Shown here in pieces: positions 24,401-36,300 of a stretch of 64,000 nt of DNA (position 1 is its first letter; the number at the start of each line of letters is the position of its first letter). The translations under genes were made by a program, and so were the position numbers. The DNA lies in NCBI RefSeq assembly GCF_000002075.1, contig NW_004797404.1:3356-67355 (forward strand). Reading direction: 5' to 3'. Origin of the DNA: Aplysia californica (Eukaryota). Below the pieces are notes generated by a model. It saw only the letters and a list, made by a program, of their open reading frames with translations. It did no database searches and was not told the DNA's origin.

Positions 24401-26398
24401 NNNNNNNNNNNNNNNNNNNNNNCTGTATACACTCTAGGCAGAAGCTGTGGTCACATGACTCAGGTGTGCCAATGTCCTGAAGACGGAACTTGTTCAGACA
24501 AATGGGACATACATCGCCGTCTTCTCCATCAGACTCGCTTTCTTCAATCATTGCAGCCTCACCGCCCTCTTCCTCTCCTTCCTCCTCCTCTCCTTCTTCT
24601 TCCTCTTCTTCACCATCATCATCATCGTCATCATCATCTTCTTCTCCTTCTTCTGCATCAGACTCACCCTCTGAAAAACAAGAATAGCAAAAACTGTTTC
24701 AGGTTTTAGCAGAAGACAACACAGGCTACAGCTCTTCACATAATTTTATCTCATTACACATGCATGTAGTCACAAACAGATGCCGAGTTAGCCTAGAGCC
24801 CTTTCTTTCTGATCGCCAACGCCAAGCTGTCAACATCGCTACCACTAGCCCTTGAGAAAGAAACCTGATTCAATTTTCAATCAAGTGAGACCAAGAGGTC
24901 ATGTTGAACAAAATCGTCATCAGGGGAGATAAAAAAAAAAATAGACAACGCCAAACTCATAGATTGGGTCTACTTTATTATTTCCCTGGAATTAATTACT
25001 AGATCCCTTGTAACGTGAATCCTGCTTTAACTGATATTTTGCTCCAGTCCCTTCCCTCTCGTTATAACTAACAGCATTCCACTGTATTAGTGTCCCATTG
25101 TATGGGTTTTAATCCACTTTCAACACTGTACGGTTATTCAAGAGAAAAGACCTCCAAATATAACATCCATCTACAATAGCTTCGAGTCATATTTTAGTAT
25201 ATGGTCTCCCCTAATTCTACTGGAGTCGTTTTTGCTTCACTTTTCCGATCCAGCAGACATCTGAGTTTGAACGCTTCGGCCTTAAACTGGAGATCAAGAA
25301 CACCTCTTTGGGGATTTAAACCAAGGTCAACTGCACCATAGTGAAGCATCACACTGAGCTAAGTACGCACCTGTACATTACATTGTAGTTGCAGTGGAGC
25401 AGATATAATATGATACAGTGGAATCCATTTATAACGAGTCCTCAAATAACGAGTTATAAAGACACTATTCTAAAACCCCGTTTTTCTCCCTTCTTTAACT
25501 TTGTACATAAAATACTGCTATAACGCAATCAGACAAACACGCGAATATAGCTGCTGCTGTGCACAGTGCATTTACAGGCCATTTACTCATATGTAAAACC
25601 TCGCCAGTTGAGAAATTTGTTGGTTGTCTAGCGAAACAGAATGGGAGAGCCCACGTGTGCCAACAATAAAGGCCGGATCTAATGAGTGAGGAGAGTGTGG
25701 CATGCACAGACAAGCAGAACGCATCGTGTGATAGGCCAGCCTAGTTTAGATTATCACTTCTTCGATGCGGGGACAGAGAGGTCACAAAGCTGTACTGTGA
25801 TGGACGAGCGAATGTGTGACGTGGACGGGATGTGGTATGTTCCCATTGTGCGCAAGCAGACGAAACGCACCACAGGATGTGGTGGGGTGGGGGACAACAC
25901 AGCGGGCAAGTTAGCCGAGAGAACTTTCTTTCTTATTGTCAATATCGCTAGCGCTAGAGAAAGAAACCTGATTCGACTTTTGATCAAGTCAGACTTAAGG
26001 TCATGTTGAACCAAATCATCATCATCAGGGGGAGATTACAAAAAGAAATAAACCGAAAACCAGACTCATAGATTCGGCCTACTTTATTATTTCCCTTGAA
26101 TTTATTACTGGATCCCTTATAACGAGAATCCTGCTTTAACAGACATTTGGCACCGGTCCCCTCTCTCATTATCACAGGATTCCACTGTATACCACAGCTT
26201 ACCTTCTTCTCCTCCTCCTCCTTCTTCTCCATCTTCCTCTCCTTCATCTGACTCCTCCTCCTCCTCACTGCCACTTTCCTCCTCTGTGGACTCTCCATCC
26301 TCCTCCTCTTCTTCCTCCTCCTCCCCCTCCCCAGCCTGATCTTCTGGGTCATTGTCACCCAGCTGCTCCATGTTGAGTTCTTCACCAGTCGTCGACAT
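5831..26398 (-). CDS. PHRF1: Gene B: PHD and RING finger domain-containing protein 1-like (RING, PHD, basic tract, acidic/RGG/RS/Pro-rich region, diverged SRI-like C-terminus), 13 coding exons, ~1800 aa
   Basis: Phase-consistent GT-AG exon chain read by hand: 26398-26203 (ATG in GCCACCATG context; acceptor at 26440), 24670-~24410 (end hidden in N gap; RING CPICLNKF..PESCDHSFCLECIQ), 23046-22963 (NVNTCPVDRQVF), 21359-21235 and 18963-18875 (PHD: CEVCGQADREDRLLLCDGCDMG/YHCECLDPPLAQVPVDEWFCPDC), 18117-17966, 17447-17178, 16393-16176 (RIADKLGLSRP, FSILGRKDELYCF), 15617-15504 (SRSALSSHKP), 12580 or 12616-12408 (DLLGSIMQNQDLL..VIIKRDG), 10970-7447, 6683-6561, 5926-5831 (TAG). RING-PHD order and the middle motifs match PHRF1. 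Confidence 0.9.
6748..6830 (+). repeat. Compound pentanucleotide microsatellite (TAGTC)n/(CAGTC)n
   Basis: Read directly. Confidence 0.95.
7447..10970 (-). CDS. PHRF1: Gene B large exon (~3.5 kb): acidic, EEGE motifs, RGG, RS and Pro/His/Tyr-rich low-complexity regions
   Basis: Extends ORF 7417..10731 upstream to acceptor TTTTCTCCAG at 10971 (completes KRDG/SL); donor GTGAGT at 7446; includes N gap 8285-8384. Confidence 0.88.
11106..11450 (+). mobile_element. tRNA-derived CORE-like SINE with L2-type 3' end and (ATT)n tail
   Basis: TAGTGGTTAGG / GGTTCGAATCCC boxes, GTGTCCTTGGGAAAGGCACTT core-like segment, GTAAAGCGC..GCGCTATATAAAT then (ATT)7. A partial minus-strand relative lies at ~47610-47715. 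Confidence 0.8.
14142..15387. mobile_element. Non-autonomous Tc1/mariner-type element
   Basis: TA|CAGGGTGATCCAATAAAAACTGTACAACTTTTT ... AAAAAAGTTCTACAGGTTGTTTTGGGATCACTCTG|TA imperfect TIRs, TA TSD. Confidence 0.75.
18875..21359 (-). CDS. PHRF1: Gene B PHD finger, split over exons 21359-21235 and 18963-18875
   Basis: C4HC3 pattern CEVC..LLLCDGCDMG|YHCECL..WFCPDC; phase-2 intron consistent on both sides. Confidence 0.9.
19194..19905 (+). repeat. Diverged tandem duplication, unit ~378 bp
   Basis: CCAGATAGACATAT..AAAGGGAATT.GATGGT.TTTCAGAC at 19194 and 19572; GTTACTAAAAATAGA and GTTATTGCCCTTGAA.CTGGAAATTT in both units. Confidence 0.8.
20210..20804. mobile_element. Non-autonomous hAT element (MITE)
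   Basis: TIR TAGGGCTGG..CCAGCCCTA; perfect 8-bp TSD ACAGTGAG at 20202-20209 and 20805-20812; subterminal repeats (CACGAGCGC, GAATCGCCACTCT); CpG-rich, so probably young. Confidence 0.88.
21396..21450 (+). repeat. (AAT)n microsatellite; AC-rich tract also at 21105-21225
   Basis: Read directly; the two tracts flank the first PHD exon. Confidence 0.95.
23135..23642. mobile_element. Non-autonomous DNA element, related copy at ~33900-34301
   Basis: Shared blocks GTGGTGGAATCA..GCTC.TCAATTTTT, TAAAATTAGCAAGAAAA, AGTCTGAGAGTCC.TGGAAACTGA, TGCCTCACAT; weak terminal inverted similarity. Confidence 0.65.
23354..23427 (-). mobile_element. 74-bp 5'-truncated LINE end nested in the DNA element
   Basis: (AAC)n tail; 14-bp TSD CTCCATAATTTGGT at 23340-23353 and 23428-23441; homologous to 3734-3808 on the + strand. 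Confidence 0.8.
24423..24670 (-). CDS. PHRF1: Gene B RING-finger exon (3' end lost in assembly gap)
   Basis: Acceptor TTTTTCAG at 24671; acidic tract then CPICLNKFRLQDIGTPESCDHSFCLECIQ; RING completed by NVNTCPVDR in exon 23046-22963. Confidence 0.88.
25416..26187. mobile_element. pogo/Tigger-type MITE, copy 1
   Basis: TA|CAGTGGAATCC .. GGATTCCACTG|TA; body matches 41938-42692; a partial third copy at ~24781-25084. Confidence 0.85.
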
Positions 26399-29300
26399 GG
26401 TGGCTGATGTTACACTTTGTACAATCTGTCTCTCTTCACCTGTAAAGTAATTTATTTGTTTGAGTAATCAGAAACACATCAATGCAATAACAGTCATTTA
26501 GTGAAGGGGGTACAGTATAACAGACAGAAACAACAGAGGGAAAAGAAAAGAAGTCGAAGCTACAAATAGTGCTTTCCCAAATTCCCATTTGTTTAGACTA
26601 GGTTTTTTTCTTCTAATTTTAGTAAGAGTTATACGGCACTTGCAAAAGATGAAAATAAGTGGTGGAGACTAGAAGTGTTACTAGGGTGTAACATACAGAT
26701 AAAAGGAGGAGAGATAAGAACTATACAGGTCTGAAAGGAAAGAATGAGCAAAAACCAAACCAGAGCATATATACATTGTACGAACCACCACCCTTCACAT
26801 ATGTGAGAGCAAGATTGGAAGAGAGTTTCGACCAACAGTACAAACATCAATTTCGATTTGGTTTGGTTTGTGTAACAAAAAGCCCAACAACACACTAGCC
26901 GTCATTTAGGACTAGGGAAAAGCGGGATATACACACAGAAACAATAGACGAGTGAAAAGAAGAGCCTAACCAGGGACGCCTTCCAACCACCCATGCCATG
27001 ACAAGCACCACTTTACTTTGCACCCATCCATCCTTCGACAGAAAGAGAGAAACCTTCTACTGACTTCACATGTCACATTACAGTAACTCATGAGGTTGGC
27101 AGGTTCATTCCCACAAATTTACCACCTTAGTCACAGTCCTGTTACTTGTGAATAGAGAATTAGAGTTGCAACCTGTTAGGCCACTTTCGTTCGCAAATTC
27201 CATCTCTCCCAAAGTTGACATACTCATTTGCAGAGCAGCTAGGGACAAGGAACATAACGAAAACACTGACCTACCAGGGAATTAAACTCATTATTTTTTA
27301 AATTGTAAGTCAAGTTCAATGATGAACCAACACATTAGAGTTAGTGCACATCATGTACTAAGAAAATGTAAAATAATGAGTACTTGGTAGTTAAGCACAA
27401 TGCTATGGTCAATTATCAATAGGACACATCAAAACCGATAGACAAAACCTGGAGAAATAGAACCAAATTGACACCCTCTAATTGCCTCTATAGAAATGAT
27501 ACTAATAATTGTAATAATAGAATGGAACTAAAGAGAGATCGTTCACAAGAGGCTTGTGGCAGACACAGCTGAGTGACTGCTGCCGAAGTCAATTCAATAC
27601 AATAAAGACAGCCATACTGCACCAGGAACAGATCTAAAAAGGAAATATTGAGTTAGTTTTATGGTGCCTTATGACAGCCCTCGGACAGCCAGTTTTAGTT
27701 CCGTTTTGAAGTAGAAGCACACCGCAATAACAAAAAGACATTTAGTGCAGGTAAAAAGTAATAAGCAAGATCGACAAAAACAAAGGAGAACAGGAAACTA
27801 GGATTTTTTTCTTTTTTCATAAGAGTTTTACAGCACTTGCAACACAATAACTTGAATAAGGTAATATAAGTGCCGAAGATTAGAGGTGTTACAAGGGAGT
27901 AACAAACATGAAAAAGGAGGGGAAATAAAGACGATAGAGGTTGGATAGGGAAAGAAGGAGCAAACCACACCAGAGCACCCGCCAAACTAGGATCTACCAC
28001 CAGTGGTGCCATCCAAATACCAGAGGTGCCACCAAAGTCCAAGTTATTCCTACATAATATATCCAACCATCAGGTTCGAGAGTGGAAACTCGAGGGGAGC
28101 ACTGTCTAGACCTGTTAGAACAGGGACAATCAAGGTGGGGNNNNNNNNNNNNNNNNNNNNNNNNNNNNNNNNNNNNNNNNNNNNNNNNNNNNNNNNNNNN
28201 NNNNNNNNNNNNNNNNNNNNNNNNNNNNNNNNNNNNNNNNGGTGAACACACGTTACCATGTAGAACAAGGTTTTTGAGTGAAGAGAAGCACATTGATACG
28301 ATAATGGTCATTTAGTGCAGGGGACAAATAATGCAGACAAAGCCAGATGAAAAGAAATGAAGTAGATAAAAGCCACCAGTGACACCCTCTGACCTCCCAC
28401 TAACAGTGTGTGATGTAGGCTAGGCTACACTGGCCACTAGAGCAGTTCTGCTGATTCAGATTGACTGTCTCACAGTGCCAGTATGTGTACTATGTGCTAT
28501 GTAATCTTGATAAATTAATGTGTATTATAACATCGTCCCCTGTCCTAGTCCAAAATGCTGACGGATAAATTTTACTGGAGAAACAAAAAATGAGATGCAA
28601 TGTTCTTGCGATGTGATTTTTGAGTCGGAGCAAAGCTTTATCTTTATCATCACTCTAAATGTTGTCCCCTTGTGTTAGAGACTTATGATTTGGAGGAGGG
28701 GGGAGGGAAAATTTTGCCCGCTGGGAACAGTGCACCAAGACAGACAAGTGTAGGTTTTTTAGAAAGCACAATTAGTAGTAGGCCTTCATCAGAAAAATTT
28801 GTGCTTCAACTCCATCTCCAAGTTATTTTTCCCCTGACCCTGAAAAGTATGACAAGTGAAGATGACCTACAGTACTCATCTCTTTTGTGAAAGTGAAAGT
28901 GACCAATATTTTATTCATCCAAAACGCAAAGCTTCTGAAATTGTCGTTTCTTAGTAAAATTTAGGTACGGTAAGTTCCAGTAACACCTGTGTGTACTGGA
29001 GCAAATATGCACTCTATTTGACAAGCTTAATTAAAAACACAACACACAACATAAAACACAAATCTATTTGGCAAATGAGTTTATTATACACTGAAACATA
29101 CAAAAGTCGTTGGCAAAAACTGAATTAAGAGTCATGAAATAATTTAAGCGAAGATCAACATACGTACACAGTAAAAAAAAATGTTTAATTTATTCATGTG
29201 ACACTGAAAAAGAAACATATTCACATTCAGATGAAACACTGACAAAACATGATGGTGCTTATGTACAAAGCTTACACTACTTACATCTGTTTGATTCATA

Positions 29301-31892
29301 GTACGACAACTAGGACAAGCCAAACACACGTCACATAGACAAGGCCTCAAAACAACACATGTGTCACATATGCTACACAAGTGCCCAGCATAAGACATGT
29401 GTCACACACTATGTACCTGAGGCCTCAGCACAACACTCTCCTCACATATGAACACAGGGTCTCAACTTTACACACATCTCATATACTATGATAATGCAGC
29501 ACAACACGTCTGCCATGTAAATAAGGTGTTGGCACAACACATGATATCATAGAGGACTCATACAAGGCCTCGGCACAACGCGCATGTCAGAATGTGACAC
29601 TTTGGTACAGCACATACGTTGCACACACAAGGCCTCAAGACAATGTGTCATATACATTGAGAGGTTGTCTCGGGTTTGCCCACAGGTGTCAGGAATATAG
29701 TTAGTGCCAGGGAGCCAAACATAACAACCATGTTCCATTACACGGCTATGTTTCTTCTCTGGGTTGCTCAGGGTAAAAATTCATCTCGTGAGATTGCAGA
29801 AAATGAACTTTTTCCAACATTTGTATTTTACACTCTGAACAGTACATAAGGATAGCCTAAAACTGAGTGTTAACAAGAAGGCCCACATAACTTCACAACT
29901 CAACAACACCACCCACAACCAAACAGTTCATTTCAATGCACCACCTCAGTGACCCCCCCCCCCCCTCATTAGTCATATAACTCCTTGATTCTTAGACACC
30001 AGACCCTCACTGCCTATCACATACGGAAGTCTTCACTTCCCTTCTCCCTCTACAAAAACCCATGACGATTGTCTTCAGCTGGACACTTCCATACCCTTAC
30101 TCCAGGGTCCTAAACAACCACTGAACACAACTACTTTTGATTGGCTGATTAGCTACAAGACATTTGTTTCAAAAGTTTAATGGTACTTGCAACACAATTA
30201 GGCCATACAAGTGCTGGAGGCTAAATGTGATACACGAAAGTAACAAACATAAAATGGAGAGATAAGGACGAAGAAAGGAAAGAAGAAGCAACCCACAGCA
30301 CAGCACCCACCAACTACCCACAGTCAGAAGACACGAGTGATTCTCGTTTGTTCTAATGACAAATTCTCATGGTCCAACCAACAGAAAAATGTATCCTCAA
30401 CACTTAATGCAATATCAAAAGAGGTTTAACCCTGACAAACAGGAACGGACTGCCTTAGATGTCAATCAATGTGTGAGAGATTACAAGTGCCTGCCATACA
30501 ACAGACAGGCTGTAAATCCTCAACAAACCCTTAGTCACAGCAGACATTCATTCATTCACAATTCCCCCCCCCCCCACCTCCCAATCCACCCACATCTTTC
30601 ACTTTTTCTAATTAAAAGACCATGTGGTTTTAAACACAGCATGGAGACAATCTATTGCTCTGCCAGATATATCTACGGAGACTGCAAGCAAAGAGCAAAA
30701 CCTACATAACTGCATAATGGACACTTCGGCATGAAGTACAATTCTCTTTCTTCATCTGAGTGAGGGTAAATTCAGCCATCAAATAGCCCTGAGCAAACTG
30801 AACAAGATTCATAATTTATTCTTCACTAGTAGTGGGGGCGTTTACACTGGACTGAACACACCCCCCCAAGGAGTGTTGGACTGGGCTGGCAGCCTCACAA
30901 GAAAATGGCAAGGAAAATTGATCTCAATTATGTCCATGGACGCATAAAATATTTCCAATCAAGAAGAATTGTGGGACACTGTAACTTTCAATTCTTTAGT
31001 CAGATATTTAGTGCAGTAACCTGCACACCAACTAACAATTTCACACCCATGAACCAGAAAAAGATTTTTAACAAACTAGGGAGGCCTGCCCTCAAATGGA
31101 AACAAAAACAAAATAAGTCTTCACACTATCAGCAGTGGCTAGCCACAACCTGAACCAGGAAAAGGAACACCTCGGTTTGAATTCAGATCAATACATCTTA
31201 AAGAGACTAGCAATACTCTTTGACAGTAAATGCTCTACACCCCCACAAACACAATTTAGACGATCTGGAAGGCAGGCTGCCTTAAAAAGCCAAACAACTG
31301 TACAAAAGACGCCACTGTCAATGAATAAGTTTGATCTCCTGATTCGTGTCATAAAAATTACACATCGGTCAGCAGAATCGGTACAACAACCCAACGTGTA
31401 CATGGCACAAAATCTTGTTCAACTATGAGCAAAACGAGAAATGCAAATCACCCTAATTCTACGACAAACCCCAAGAAAACAGACTAATCCCCCATATAAA
31501 AATCACAACAGGAACCACCACTCAATGTTACAACTTCCAATCAATCTACTGCTGCCTCAAAAAATTCCCAGCAAACCAAACTGGCCAATGATCACGCACC
31601 ACACAAGCCTCCAAGCACAAACACTACAGCACATACAGGGAAAACCCCCTCCAGGGCAGACGTAGCAGAGAAGTTGAGGCTTGCTCACGTCAGATCATAT
31701 CAACAGAACACTTTGGTAAATAACAACAACTGCCTTTACAAGCTGGCTAGGATGAAGCCAGCAATGCTCTTCATCAGTAAGACCACACTATAGAAAAACT
31801 GGAGATCGTAAGTTTCTAAAAGTAACAGGCCCCAGCAGGAATCGAACAGCTCAACCACCTCTTCTTTTGATATATAATATATATATAATATA

Positions 31893-32659
31893 CAGTAGAA
31901 CACGGCTATAGCAGGACTTTTGGTTCCAGAGGAAAAATCTCGCTGTTGGCGAGTTCCCGCTAAAGGTAAGCAAAGAGGATTTACCCAATTAAAATAGGAA
32001 AATCCACATGATGACCTCCCTTACATATCAATAAAATTTGGTCTTTAGCTTAGACTTCCTTTTCTCGTCAATTATTATCTCAGCCTTCAATTCGAGTGGG
32101 AAGCATTTCCTTTTGACTTTGTTGGAAGCCATCTTTTCCTCGGTCTTGTTGCTTGTGCTGTCTATCGTACAGGTAGGCCTGCTGTAGAACTGGTGAGGTG
32201 GATTCGTGCATATGCCTGAGCATCAACAATAGCAATTTAATGAATCAGGAATCAGACACTACATGCTCTAATCTTCTTTTACTTTCTGGCCTAGCCTGGG
32301 GCTATGGCCTATATATGCTCTTATACAGAGCGTCTAGGCTATAGCACATCACTTTTAGAGTGGCTCACGTAACGCGTCTCTCTCTGCCGCCTACCCACCT
32401 CACTCATCACTGGACAGGCCAATCACAACGCTGCATCGCTGAGTGCCTGTTGAGAGCCCACCTTCAGCCTCCCACCCCCTTTCCCCAGCTAGAGCTTGCT
32501 TGATCTCTCGCGCTGTATCAAGTTCGGGCCTCACCTTGCCCCGTTATACCCAGGCATAGGTAATTGAGTTTACATAGAGACTAGAAGGGGGATTCTTGTA
32601 CGATCCCGCTGCAGGGATGGTCCCGCTGTAGTAGGTCCCGCTATAGTCATGTTCTACAG
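31893..32659 (-). mobile_element. Internally deleted pogo/Tigger transposon
   Basis: TA|CAGTAGAACACGGCTATAGC .. GCTATAGTCATGTTCTACAG|TA; minus-strand remnant from ATG 32132, MASNKVKRKCFPLELKAEII, resembles the CENP-B-type HTH start of pogo transposases. Confidence 0.7.
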
Positions 32660-33338
32660 TACAAAGACATTGGGTGAACACACAAACCCGCTCAGCCAAA
32701 GACATAAAAAAGAAGCATTCAGCATTCACTCATTTCACAGCCAGCCACACTCACAGAAACACAAACTTGTAGCAAAGACTCTAAGATTATACACCTTGAG
32801 AGGGTTATCTTTCACTCAGTATTAACAACATCCACTATTACGCACAGAAATAACACATGTTATGGCGAGGGAAAGTCTGCGGTACGGTAACTAAAACATA
32901 TGATTGGCAACAAAAAAAACTGAGGACAACAGCACAGACCAGAATTGGCTGGCTAGCTGAGATGTTTTTACTGGCTCCACCCCGTGCCTGAGTGACAGGA
33001 AATGGTTTACACAAACATTTCTCTACAATCACCGATTGTCGAGTAGGTAGTCTTGGTCTACAGAGACTGCCAGAACTACACGTCCAATAATGGTCACAAA
33101 CTCAGTACCTCCGTGACCTAAATTCAGGCATTGGTAACAAATTCTGAAAGTCGCTGACCTAAATTCGGAAATTGACATTATTTATGTCAATGACGCACAG
33201 CACAGCACAAAGCTCTCTCTCTCTCTCGTGACATACAGGCATCAACAACAGAGTCATACGTAATAAACAGGTCCTGTTCTCCTGGTACCTACACCACACT
33301 CCATAACATTCACCCTCTTTCATACAGATCCACCATCA

Positions 33339-36300
33339 TTATCTCGCTTGTTTCTTGGCACGCTCTCCGTTTTGCCTCACAGCCTGCGGGCCGCCACCAC
33401 CACCACCGCTGCTCTCTTTGGCTTCTTTGTTGGCCGCAGCAGGCATGCCTTCTTTGCCGCCCTGGTGAGGCCCTTTCTTTTTCTTGCCGCCCAGACTGTG
33501 ACCTTTCCTCATCTTGCCCACATATGCCTCTACCAACTGCTGAATCTTTTGCGGGTTGATGTTCCCACTCTTGCTGTGGCAGACCTGAAAGACAAGTTTG
33601 TTTGGAAAAAGAGAGAAATACATCTACACCTATAATGGGTTATGAAAAAAAAAAAGGGACATACTTAATAAACTGCACAGATTCTCCTCAACACATGACT
33701 TACAGGGCAATACCCCAACCCCTGTCCTTTAAGTCTTAATTCTAATTTTATACTTCTCCTTACTATCCTTCCATCAGAAATAACACAAAGACAGGAGACG
33801 TCTCACAGACACAAGTAAAATCTTAATTTATACCCGACTATTTTCAACTTCGGAAAACATTTGTGCTCACTAAATGTGACAAAATAGCAATGAAAATGAA
33901 TTGTGCCACGACGTGGTGGAATCAAGCGCTCATCAATTTTTGGGCATGTAAGGTTATTGGTGTCACCTTAAAGCTTGTTGAATTGAAGAGCTTTCGATGA
34001 AAGAAATACACATTTCTCCTGAATGCAAGTCAAGATATTTGTAGTGATTGAAGGGGATGGGAGTCACAGAGGTAAAATTAGCAAGAAAACAGCCACCAAA
34101 AATTGGTTAGTTACTGAGTCTGAGAGTCCATGGAAACTGATAACTTATATTTTTTATGCCTTTAATCAACATTTTGAAGTAAATTAGATGGACTAAAAAG
34201 GTATTGAGCCCCCCCCCCCCCAAATTGCCAAACCTACAGAAAATGTTTCTTCGATTTCATTATTTCTACAAGTGTCTGATTTCACCTGTGCTGCCTCACA
34301 TTTATTGTAACACAAAAATATGAGGACTAGGTCCAGATATCTTTATTTCACTTAACCCTTTCGCACTTAGCAGGCTTGGCCAGCTGTGCCCCCCCCCCCC
34401 CATCCTTAAGACAAGGGCAACAACTCCACGAAAATTGAAGGGGTACCTTACTAAAAAAAAATGGTATAAAATCGCAAACACAACCAAAAATGATGAAAAT
34501 AGTATTTTCTGAAAGGAAAATGAATGAGCTAAATTACTAGTACAACATTATAAGTGGAATAGTAGAGTATGAAATGACATGAGAGGTCTTTCTGAGATGC
34601 GTGTCTTGGATTCCGAGTCTAGATCTAGATCTCGTATACATTTCTTCAACTCACGAAGTTTCTGCCACTGACAAAAAGGTAATCCACACAAAAGAAATAC
34701 AACACATTCACAGAGATTTGAGCCTCTGGTGGAAACTTGAAAGCACCTAAAAGACTTTTCTTTGGGTGTTTTTATTTTGTTTCTGCCGTACTCATATCGG
34801 GCAGCTTTGCGCCCATGCACCCTAGAGACATGATGGCGTGTTTACAACTAAAATCTCCTCCGACTTTTGTTCCCGCTCAAAAAGTGACTCTTTGTGCTAG
34901 CGAAACAAGAAAAACACCATAGTAAACCGGAACTTTTCCTCTATAAAGATAGCTACGTGAAACTTCTGATGATAGTAAAAGTAGAAGCCTCCCACGGCAA
35001 CGAAACAAACACCCCCGTGGCGGGCGCATTCGGTCGCTATAGGGATGAGCGGGGGTCACCGGCGCAGGCGCATACGGGCGCTGTAAGTGCGAAACGGTTA
35101 AATATGATTTATAAATGATACTGTCTTTGTAAGTTATGAGGCATCACTAGATCTAGTTAGTTTTTTTTAAATAAATAAGGCATGGGAACAAGTTTGTCAC
35201 CTATAATTTTATATAGGAAAATGATTCAACTAAAGTTCCCTACAAAAATTATGCCGCATTAATAAAATGTTGTCTTGAAAAATATGTGAAATACCCATCA
35301 TGTCTATGTTTCAAATTAGGGTTAAGTCGATACCCAAGCTATGTTCAGGACCAGAGCTCAGTGAGTTGATAAAAATTTCTCAAAAAGTGCACACACTTCA
35401 GTCTGGATTTCTACCAAATGAGAGAAAAATGGGCAGTTTGCATAAGCTATGAGAAAATGTATTTTTACAGAAATCCTGGACTTACTTTTGGGACAGCTTT
35501 TCTCAATATAAGCTTGTACTGTTCTTTAGTTATTTTCTTGGAGCTGTAGAACGGCTTTATGGCCAGCTTCACTTCATCAATGACACGCTCCTGGAACTGA
35601 AGCTTCTTCATGTACTGGAAACAAAAAACACAAGAAAAGTGAGTGAAAACATAGGCACATTTCATAAACACATGCATACAATCTGGTAAAACTTTTCAAT
35701 GCAAGTAAATTTACATTTACTGTTCAGTGTCAAAGTTTCAAGACTATGTTCAACACTTTCTTAAGTCCTTGCAGGCCTTTCTTAGGTAAAAAAAAAATGT
35801 TTAAAACTGACACTTTTAATGACTTCTGACCTCCATCCATAACTTTCAGTTTGACCAAGAAAGAGACACATTCAGGGCATGATCATGCCAGGCAAAAGCA
35901 CATTCTGTAAGAATACAGCAAACACGCCATTCGTTCATAAAAACAGCACAACACAAAGCACAAAACCAAAGAATATACACCTATCCTTACCTTCTCTTTG
36001 TTGGTGAGCTCCACAGCACTGGCTGGGACATCATCATCTGGAACGTCCATCCTCCGTCGCCGTGACTGTCTGCCCTTGTCTGGACCAGACACCTGGCCTT
36101 GACCTTTGGGGGCAAGCTTCTCAATGACCTTGCTCAGAACCTTCAGGTACACAGCCGGCTGGACCAGACCTTTGCCCTGGCCAGCCTTGGAATCTCCGGC
36201 AGCAGAAGCCTTGTGGTCCGAGCGGCGCCCTCTTCGTCGCCGCTCATCTGGGGAGGAGTCCGAGTTGGGAGAGGGGAGTTCCAGTTCACAATCGTCTTCC

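Larger units (their letters stand above)
1577..30320 (-). repeat. Dispersed ~150-175 bp retroposon-like family, at least 10 copies (span given)
   Basis: + strand pattern GTAAGAGTTTTACGGCACTTGCAAC..GGTGTTACTAGAGAGTAACA..GAAAGAAGGAGCAAACCACACCAGAGCACCCGCCAACCACCC at approx 1577-1725, 2862-3003, 5965-6110, 6833-6992, 16465-16606, 17735-17905, 18594-18757, 26621-26792, 27820-27987, 30172-30320. Confidence 0.85.
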
